Below are positions 24,729-32,000 of a stretch of DNA of 32,000 bases, piece by piece. Source of the DNA: an uncultured bacterium (GTDB lineage Bacteria; Patescibacteriota; Gracilibacteria; UBA1369; PNNO01); the NCBI GenBank assembly GCA_963704705.1, contig OY969931.1, forward strand, positions 1,200,001 through 1,232,000. The letters run 5' to 3'. Position 1 is the stretch's first letter. Each line of letters opens with the position of its first letter. A model generated the notes under the pieces. It did no database searches and was not told where the DNA came from. It saw only the letters and a program-made list of their open reading frames with translations. Both the position numbers and the translations under genes were made by a program.

Positions 24729-26465
24729 ATGAAAAAATTCTCCTTATTAATATTTTTTGCTGTATTCTTTGCAACTACTGCTGTTGCAAGCGCTTCCTGG
24801 AATTTCCCATCAATCGATCAAACAATTGAAATCCAAGAATCAGGCAAAATTCGTGTGACTGAAACAATTATTGCTGATTTCACTCAAGATGCGCACAGAG
24901 GAATTTATCGTGAAATTCCGGTCCATTATAAAGACGAATTCGGGAATCCTTTTAATTTAAGATTTAAATTAATAAGTGTAACTGATGAAAACGGCAATCC
25001 TCAGCCAATTGACAGCCAAGGCAGAGATCTGTTTGCTGATGATTATTATTTAAGAATAGGTGATGCTGAAGTCTGGCTTAATGATAAGGAAACTTATGTA
25101 ATTACTTACGAAATCGAACGGGCAATTAATTATTTTGATGATCATGACGAATTATATTGGAATGTTTTTAGTTACTGGGAAGTGCCTGTATTAAACAGTA
25201 CCGCAACAGTTATTTTGCCTGAAGATGTAGATACTTCGAAAATGCAGACAGAGTGTTTTACTGGTTATTACGGCGGAACAGAAAGCACTTGTGATGCAGA
25301 AATTATTAACGGACACACCTTTAAATATACAGGCAAACAAATTTTTGAGCCGGGTGACGGTTTTACAATAGTGGCAGGATGGCCAAAAGGTCTTGTTAAA
25401 AAGCCATCAATCTTAAAAATTATTTTATGGGCTTTTTTGGATAACTGGGCACTGATGATTCCAATTTTTGTATTCATATTCATATTTTTGAAATGGTGGT
25501 ATACAGGCCGTGATCCAAAAACCAGAGACACTATATTTCCTCGTTATCAGCCACCAGAAGGTCTTAATGCTACAGAAGTTGGAACAATAATTGATGAACG
25601 TCTTGATATGCGCGACATTACAACTGTTGTGATTGACTATGCTGTTAAAGGCTACATTAAAATACGTGAATTCACATCAAAAAAAGGGTTTTTTACAGAC
25701 CAAAAAGACTACGAACTTATTAAGTTGAAATCTTACGATCAAGCGCCCGAACTCAAACCAATGGAGAAAAAAATACTTGATGATATGTTTGACGGAAAGG
25801 AAAAAATCAAAATTTCAGAACTTAAATATAAGTTTTATAAAAAATTACCTGATATTAAAAAGGAGACTTACAAAGGTCTGGTTAAAGACGGTTATTTTGT
25901 TCGCAATCCTGAAAATGTTCGAACAACCTATTATACAATTGGCGGAATTTTGATTGGTTCTGTTGTTTTTGCAGGCGGGCTTATTGCTGTTTTTGCCGGA
26001 TGGATGGGTGTAGTTGCCATTATTGCCAGCGGAATAATTTTTGTGGCTTTTGCAGGAGCTATGCCGCGCAAAACATTAAAAGGCGCAAATACATATATTG
26101 AAATTAGAGGACTTGAAGAATATATTCGCACTGCTGAACGCGACAGAATCAAATTCCAGGAACAGGAAAATCTTTTATTCGAAAAACTTTTACCTTATGC
26201 AATGGCTCTAAACCTTGCAGATAAATGGGCTGATGCATTCAAAGATATCTATAAAAAAGGCCCTGACTGGTTTGAATCAGATGACATGAGCGGATTTAAC
26301 ACAAACTATCTTGTTAATCGCTTAACCAACTTTAATACTCACGCCACAACAGCAATGGCAGCATCACCAAAAAGCTCTGGTTCTTCATCCTGGAGTGGTG
26401 GAAGCGGCTTTAGCGGCGGCTTTTCAGGCGGCGGCTTTGGCGGTGGCGGTGGCGGCGGCTGGTAG
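24729..26465 (+). CDS. DUF2207-domain membrane protein with Gly-rich C-terminus
   Basis: Start taken as MKKFSLLIFF at 24729; DAHRGIYREIPVHYKD, central TMs, terminal SGGSGFSGGFSGGGFGGGGGGGW. Confidence 0.9.
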   Translation: MKKFSLLIFFAVFFATTAVASASWNFPSIDQTIEIQESGKIRVTETIIADFTQDAHRGIYREIPVHYKDEFGNPFNLRFKLISVTDENGNPQPIDSQGRDLFADDYYLRIGDAEVWLNDKETYVITYEIERAINYFDDHDELYWNVFSYWEVPVLNSTATVILPEDVDTSKMQTECFTGYYGGTESTCDAEIINGHTFKYTGKQIFEPGDGFTIVAGWPKGLVKKPSILKIILWAFLDNWALMIPIFVFIFIFLKWWYTGRDPKTRDTIFPRYQPPEGLNATEVGTIIDERLDMRDITTVVIDYAVKGYIKIREFTSKKGFFTDQKDYELIKLKSYDQAPELKPMEKKILDDMFDGKEKIKISELKYKFYKKLPDIKKETYKGLVKDGYFVRNPENVRTTYYTIGGILIGSVVFAGGLIAVFAGWMGVVAIIASGIIFVAFAGAMPRKTLKGANTYIEIRGLEEYIRTAERDRIKFQEQENLLFEKLLPYAMALNLADKWADAFKDIYKKGPDWFESDDMSGFNTNYLVNRLTNFNTHATTAMAASPKSSGSSSWSGGSGFSGGFSGGGFGGGGGGGW

Positions 26466-26480
26466 GAATCACTCGGTGAT

Positions 26481-27605
26481 TTAGTTTTTATCTACCTCGT
26501 ATTTTTCGTATGGCGGCACGGATTTTTCGCCTTTTGGAATTTCAATATCTTTCATATGTTTTTCAAAGTCAGCTTTTATTTTTTTTGTTATTTTAGGTGG
26601 TTTTTGATTTGCTATTTCAGCCCAAACTTTATAAAAATCTTCCATTTGATCTAAATTAATTCGGCCTTCTGCAAAATTTTCAACTGCTCTTCGTTTAATT
26701 ATATACTCATAGAGCTTTTCAGGTGTCATTGAAATCCAATAATCAGCGTATCTTCTTAATAATTCCTGAAATTTCGGGTTTATTTTTGATTCAAAATCCT
26801 GCTTTAACTTAAGCGCCCTTTCTTTTTCTTTTTTAATTTGTTCTTCTAATTCTTGCTTTTTCGGTTCAAGAAATTCATTAAACCTGTCTTCCATTATTTG
26901 TGAATAATCATCACCGGGTTTCTTTGCATTAAATTCATCATATAGTGAAACAATATCAGCCAATGGATAAGGCGGAATCCACAATGCTTTGGTAAGATTA
27001 TCAAAAAGTTGAATTTGCACAGGAGCAGAGGATGTATCTTCAGTTACAAAACCGCTGTATAACTTATCGAAAAAATCATTATTAAATTGCGTGAATTTAT
27101 CTATTGCATCAAAAATTTTATCTGGATCCTGTTCTGTTGCTTTTACAAGCTGATCAATCCTGTTTTTTAAAACATCCAACATTGCATTCAAAAGATAAAC
27201 CACTTCCCTTCCAAAAGCATTTACTGTCTCGTTTCTGTTAAGTTCGATTTCTAAAATATTCGTATAATATAAAAGCGATTCTACTAAAACTTTAATTTCT
27301 TCAGGATTAGGCTTTTTGTCGCGCTCGGTGAGTAACGGACTTTTAAGTACTGTTGTGATATTTTCTTCGACAAATATAAAGTCACGCTTAATTTCCTTAA
27401 CTTGCTTCCATTTATCTTCTTCAGAAACCATATTTGAAAAATCCAAAACTGCCCGGGCTTCATCAGAAACATTGTCTAAAGTAAATCTCACAAGCCTGTC
27501 CACGGATCTCTCTTTTGCTGTAAGCTCAAGATCAGATTCTCTTGGTTCAAAACTTGGCAGGTATACTCTAGGATCGTTTGATTTTTTGTTTAATGAATGA
27601 TTCAT
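26481..27605 (-). CDS. Hypothetical protein, helical
   Basis: 374 aa intact ORF. Confidence 0.75.
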   Translation of the reverse strand: MNHSLNKKSNDPRVYLPSFEPRESDLELTAKERSVDRLVRFTLDNVSDEARAVLDFSNMVSEEDKWKQVKEIKRDFIFVEENITTVLKSPLLTERDKKPNPEEIKVLVESLLYYTNILEIELNRNETVNAFGREVVYLLNAMLDVLKNRIDQLVKATEQDPDKIFDAIDKFTQFNNDFFDKLYSGFVTEDTSSAPVQIQLFDNLTKALWIPPYPLADIVSLYDEFNAKKPGDDYSQIMEDRFNEFLEPKKQELEEQIKKEKERALKLKQDFESKINPKFQELLRRYADYWISMTPEKLYEYIIKRRAVENFAEGRINLDQMEDFYKVWAEIANQKPPKITKKIKADFEKHMKDIEIPKGEKSVPPYEKYEVDKN

Positions 27606-27649
27606 TAAAATACGCTTTAATATCCAAATATTATAGCATATTTTTATAA

Positions 27650-28372
27650 TTATTGCACACTAAAGCCACAATCTTTTAATAAGTCTCTTATTTGTTTATG
27701 TAGTGTATTTGCTTTTTTAATATCAAAAAATTCAGAAGGTTTTAATATATTTTGATTTACATACAATCCCAATTCATTACTTAATTGAGTTATGGCTGTA
27801 AATTCCTCAACATATAATTCCTGATTTTCAAGTACTATTTTATCTAAAGCCGCAGCCAAAACACCTAAATCCAATAAACTGTCGTGATCCCTTAATCTTA
27901 AAAAAGCTAATAACTGAGAATTGGCTGATATTAAAAACAACTGAGCCTGAATATCAGGAGTTATTCCAGTCATATGCTTGTATTCCTTTGATGATTTAGC
28001 TTGTAAAGACAGGTACAAAGGCAAAAGTGCATTCATAAATTCAGGTGGATTACCAGGATCCAGGGTTAAAAGCTCATCAAAAAATTGTTTTTCATCATCA
28101 GTAAAACCCTCACAATCGCTATTTGCATAATGCACACTTATTTCAGATAACAACCTGCTGATTTGCGTAACAGTTACTTGCACTTGCGGATATTGCTCCA
28201 CACTGTTAATAACAAAGAAAACTAGTTTTCTAATCATTTCCTGTGACTTTTGCAAAATAAGTTTAATTCTATCTTTGTCATTTAATTCCTGGACGCGAGG
28301 AAGTTCTTCAGGATGCGACAATTCAGCATCAAAAATACTCTTTGGCATAATAAAGTGAATTAAGGGAGGCAT
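27650..28372 (-). CDS. Hypothetical protein
   Basis: 240 aa intact ORF. Confidence 0.65.
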   Translation of the reverse strand: MPPLIHFIMPKSIFDAELSHPEELPRVQELNDKDRIKLILQKSQEMIRKLVFFVINSVEQYPQVQVTVTQISRLLSEISVHYANSDCEGFTDDEKQFFDELLTLDPGNPPEFMNALLPLYLSLQAKSSKEYKHMTGITPDIQAQLFLISANSQLLAFLRLRDHDSLLDLGVLAAALDKIVLENQELYVEEFTAITQLSNELGLYVNQNILKPSEFFDIKKANTLHKQIRDLLKDCGFSVQ

Positions 28373-28466
28373 TGTGGCAGTTTGTTGCTAGATTGTCAAG
28401 GGTATCGACCAAGGGGGTCGAGCAGACCGACTCGGTCGAGCGGGACGCGGGGGTTGGCCAGAACGT

Positions 28467-30440
28467 TTACATCCCGAACTCTTCGCGCAGCATTTCCACT
28501 TGGTCGCGAAGTTCCGCTGCTTTTTCGAATTCAAGGTTTTGGGCTGCAAGATCCATTTGATCTTCGAGGGTACGTATTAAATGCTTCATTTCATCTTTTG
28601 GTACCTTTGCGGTGTCGAATCTTTTTTCAACTTTACGGCCGCCGCCAAGGCTTGTTAAATCTTTAATGGCTTTTTTGATTGTTTCAGGTGTAATACCATG
28701 TTTTTTGTTGTATGCCTCCTGTTTTTTACGTCGACGATTGGTTTCGCCAATTGCCTGTTTCATTGCATCTGTTTTTCTATCGGCATACATTACAACAAAT
28801 CCATTCACATTACGAGCACAGCGTCCGATTGTCTGAATAAGTGCGGGAGCTGAACGTAAAAATCCCTGTTTATCCGCATCCAAAATCGCAATAAATGAAA
28901 CTTCCGGAAGATCCAAACCTTCACGTAACAGATTAATTCCAACCAAAACATCAAATTTGCCGAGACGCAGATCACGCAAAATCTCAATTCGCTCCAAAGT
29001 ATCAATATCTGAATGCAAATAGCGCACTTTTACACCTTGTTCTGTTAAATAATCAGTGAGTTCTTCGGATGAACGTTTGGTTAAAGTTGTGATTAGAACG
29101 CGTTCACCAGCTTTTACACGGTTTTTAATTTCTTTCATCAAATCTATAATCTGACCTTTGCTTGGACGAATTTCAACAATTGGATCAAGAAGACCGGTTG
29201 GCCTGATAATCTGCTCAACCACTTTTCTATCTGTTTTTGCCATTTCGTATTTGCCGGGAGTAGCAGAAACATAAACCGCCTGCTTTACATGGCCTTCAAA
29301 TTCCTCAAATTTCAATGGACGGTTATCCAAAGCTGAAGGCAAACGAAATCCATGCTCAATCAAGGTTTGTTTGCGCGACAAATTTCCATTGTGCATTGCC
29401 CCTATTTGCGGAACCGTCATATGTGATTCATCAATAATAACCAAAAAATCATCAGGAAAATAATCTATTAAAGTGGCGGGTTGCTGACCTGGTTCGCGCA
29501 TGTTTAAATATCGCGTATAATTTTCAATTCCGCTGCAGTATCCTGTTTCTAAAAGCATTTCAATATCATATTCCGTGCGGGTTTTTATGCGCTGAGCTTC
29601 AACGATTTTTCCCATTTTTTGAAGCTGATCATAACGTTCTTTTAGATCTATTTGGATTGCATCGACAGCTTTTTTAATTCTTTCTTCAGTTGTAACATCA
29701 TGTTTTGCAGGGAAGATTTTAACTTCTTCAAGTTCGTGCAGTTCTTCGCCTGTAAATCCATCAGCTTCAGTGATTCGTTCAAGTTCGTCTCCAAAAAACT
29801 CAAACCTGAAAATTGTGTCGCCTGATGGCGGATAAACCTCAACGGTATCACCTAAAACATGAAACATTCCTCTTCTGAATTCAAGCTGCGAACGCGAATA
29901 TTGAATGTCTGTTAAATGACGAAGCAATTTATCACGTTTGTAATTATCTCCTTTTTTTAATTCAATAGAAACATTCCCATATTCCTCAACCGATCCCAAT
30001 CCATAAATGCATGAAACAGAAGCAACAATCAAAACGTCATTGCGCGTAAGCAGGTTTTTTGTTGCCTGATGCCGAAATTTATCTATTTCTTCATTGATCG
30101 AAGAATCTTTCTCAATATATGTATCGGTAGCGGGCATATAAGCTTCAGGCTGGTAATAATCGTAATATGAAACAAAGTAGCTAATTGCGTTTTCAGGGAA
30201 AAACTCCTGAAACTCACTACAAAGCTGTGCGGTTAATGTTTTATTGTGAGCGATTATAAGTGTGGGTTTTTGAATTTGCTGAACAAGATTGGCCATTACA
30301 AAAGTTTTGCCTGTGCCTGTTGCGCCAAGTAAGACCTGGTGTTTCTTACCTTGATTAATCCCTTCAACAAGCTTACTTATTGCTTCGGGCTGATCTCCGG
30401 TTGGCTTAAAATCCGATACTAATTTGAATTTCTTATTCAT
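28467..30440 (-). CDS. uvrB: Excinuclease ABC subunit UvrB
   Basis: 657 aa; [51 protein letters not shown]-terminal UVR motif. Confidence 0.98.
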   Translation of the reverse strand: MNKKFKLVSDFKPTGDQPEAISKLVEGINQGKKHQVLLGATGTGKTFVMANLVQQIQKPTLIIAHNKTLTAQLCSEFQEFFPENAISYFVSYYDYYQPEAYMPATDTYIEKDSSINEEIDKFRHQATKNLLTRNDVLIVASVSCIYGLGSVEEYGNVSIELKKGDNYKRDKLLRHLTDIQYSRSQLEFRRGMFHVLGDTVEVYPPSGDTIFRFEFFGDELERITEADGFTGEELHELEEVKIFPAKHDVTTEERIKKAVDAIQIDLKERYDQLQKMGKIVEAQRIKTRTEYDIEMLLETGYCSGIENYTRYLNMREPGQQPATLIDYFPDDFLVIIDESHMTVPQIGAMHNGNLSRKQTLIEHGFRLPSALDNRPLKFEEFEGHVKQAVYVSATPGKYEMAKTDRKVVEQIIRPTGLLDPIVEIRPSKGQIIDLMKEIKNRVKAGERVLITTLTKRSSEELTDYLTEQGVKVRYLHSDIDTLERIEILRDLRLGKFDVLVGINLLREGLDLPEVSFIAILDADKQGFLRSAPALIQTIGRCARNVNGFVVMYADRKTDAMKQAIGETNRRRKKQEAYNKKHGITPETIKKAIKDLTSLGGGRKVEKRFDTAKVPKDEMKHLIRTLEDQMDLAAQNLEFEKAAELRDQVEMLREEFGM

Positions 30441-30542
30441 AGCTAAGATATTTTACCAGAAAAGCGAAAGTCTGCAACTATTTAAGGAATAAATCAAGTT
30501 AAGTTTGTTGCGTAAAAAAATTCAAAACAGGATAATAAAATC

Positions 30543-31082
30543 ATGAAAAAGTTCCTCTCTTATTCACTTATCGCCACAGTGCTTATCGTCGTAATCGGCG
30601 TATTGTTTATTTTTGGAACATTTGATTTAAATATGGGGCAGACAAACACAATAGGTTCGGGTCAGGGTCCAATTGATTTCGTAAAAACACATAATGAAAT
30701 TGTTGATGCAATTCATGATTTAGCGATATCATCCACAAATATTAAAAATTTTTATAATGAAATGACTCCTGAAAGTGACCTGAATAATTTAAGAAGTCAG
30801 ATACAAACAATTAATGATAAAAAAGATAAATTAAAATCGATTTTAGGGAATGAGAATTTTAAAAAACAACAGTCCAAAACAGCTGATTTATTTGAAAAAG
30901 AATATTTGCCGGCAATTGAAACTCTCTGCAACACTTACCTTAAAGCAATATCTTACTTTGAAGAAAAAGAATACACGCAGGAATCCATTGATTCATTCAA
31001 AGGCGTGCTAAATGCATCTGAACAAAAACTTCAGGATGCCCACAATAATTTTGTAGATGACCTCAATTCACACAAACACTAA
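30543..31082 (+). CDS. Membrane-anchored hypothetical protein
   Basis: 179 aa; N-terminal TM, helical extracytoplasmic domain. Confidence 0.7.
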   Translation: MKKFLSYSLIATVLIVVIGVLFIFGTFDLNMGQTNTIGSGQGPIDFVKTHNEIVDAIHDLAISSTNIKNFYNEMTPESDLNNLRSQIQTINDKKDKLKSILGNENFKKQQSKTADLFEKEYLPAIETLCNTYLKAISYFEEKEYTQESIDSFKGVLNASEQKLQDAHNNFVDDLNSHKH

Positions 31083-32000
31083 TTAGAAATAATTATTTCC
31101 GGCATTCCACAAAGCATAGCCTTTTGCTCCTTCGTCGTATGCTGCTTTAACCTGTTCGTCTACATACCACTGACCATAATTGCTCACTCGCCATGCAAAA
31201 GCCTGCAGCCATGGCCTTACAGCTGTTTTTGTTCCTTCTAAATATTTATTAAATAAAGATAAGCTCTCCTGAACAAAATAATAAGGTTCATCACCTGGAT
31301 TGGCAAAACCCGCAAAGCCCGGACCAAAATGTGAAGGGTAAACCATCGGATAAACAACATCGATATAAGGTCCTAAACATCCCATTTTTTGACCTGTAGA
31401 CTGCGAATCATATTCGTTATTCCAGACAATCACTCCGTAAACATCCATAGAAAGCTTGGATTCGTAAGGCTTTAATCTGTCGTGTACGCGCGCAATAAAA
31501 TTTCTGATTACTTCATATTTTTCTGTTGTGGTTTCATCAAAATTGTATGCCGTACTGCTTACAGGCCCCAGAGTCGGAAAGCGAATATAATCAAATTGAA
31601 TTTCATCAACGCCGGCCTTAGCGAGATCTTCAACCAAATTTAAAATATAATTTTGTGTTTCTTCATTTGAAGGATCAACCCAGACCACGCCTTCCTGATT
31701 AGACCATGGTCCCCCGTTTACACTTTGAACAGCCAAATCAGGCCTTGCTGTAGCCAAATTTATATCTTTAAAAGCAACAAGTCGTGCAGCAAGATAAATG
31801 CCTTTGTCATGCCAGTATCTAACATAATTTTCAAGATTCGGATAAAGAATTTTATCCTGAGCATTAGTGTCGTGCGCTAATTGAGCTGTTGTAGGAAAAT
31901 AAACCTGACCATCAATTTCTTTAACATCAAAAATCACAAGCTGGCCGCCTTTTTCTTTTAATTGATCAGCCAAAATCGGCCCCTGATTTGAACTGGCTGT
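31083..32000 (-). CDS. Putative glycoside hydrolase-like protein (DUF4015 type), 5' end beyond window
   Basis: KGGQLVIFDVKEIDGQVYF, GIYLAARLVAFKD, VDEIQFDYIRFPT, LSMDVYG; frame open to the right edge. Confidence 0.85.
   Translation of the reverse strand, partial: TASSNQGPILADQLKEKGGQLVIFDVKEIDGQVYFPTTAQLAHDTNAQDKILYPNLENYVRYWHDKGIYLAARLVAFKDINLATARPDLAVQSVNGGPWSNQEGVVWVDPSNEETQNYILNLVEDLAKAGVDEIQFDYIRFPTLGPVSSTAYNFDETTTEKYEVIRNFIARVHDRLKPYESKLSMDVYGVIVWNNEYDSQSTGQKMGCLGPYIDVVYPMVYPSHFGPGFAGFANPGDEPYYFVQESLSLFNKYLEGTKTAVRPWLQAFAWRVSNYGQWYVDEQVKAAYDEGAKGYALWNAGNNYF

Noticed and set aside
28382-28666. 94-aa plus-strand ORF opposite uvrB 3' end
   Set aside because: Antisense to the well supported uvrB coding sequence; low-complexity Arg-rich translation of GC-rich DNA.

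Overview
AT-rich bacterial window, standard genetic code. Gene content and small-genome style suggest a Candidate Phyla Radiation/Patescibacteria-like lineage, but that is inference. Positions 1 to about 8930 read as a sedentary integron cassette array with no integrase in the window. It has 11 recognisable attC-like sites plus a degenerate 12th. Each site starts with an RYYYAAC-like box and ends with a GTTRRRY-like box, and together they separate short, mostly single-gene, mostly hypothetical cassettes. From the G/TT polarity, intI/attI should lie left of position 1, and the degenerate site marks the old distal end. Unusual points: (i) complementarity between the two ends of each cassette runs well past the 7-nt core, about 16-36 nt in most cassettes and weaker in cassette 10; (ii) several attC sites have an extra hairpin arm on one side only; (iii) one attC (5825-6246) carries a ~330 nt insert with 17-18 bp terminal inverted repeats and a 97-aa ORF; (iv) the attC11 left core is doubled; (v) several cassette genes look frameshifted; (vi) three cassettes carry minus-strand genes, and most attC sites contain TGGTATAAT reading leftward. 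From about 9 kb on the window is ordinary chromosome: two CPBP proteases, lipoproteins, alpha-glucan phosphorylase, SIMPL, MgtE-like, half-size MFS, RRM protein, HupE/UreJ, Bcp peroxiredoxin, an ICMT-lipoprotein fusion, LemA + DUF2207-like protein, UvrB and a DUF4015-like glycoside hydrolase. No rRNA, tRNA or CRISPR array was recognised.
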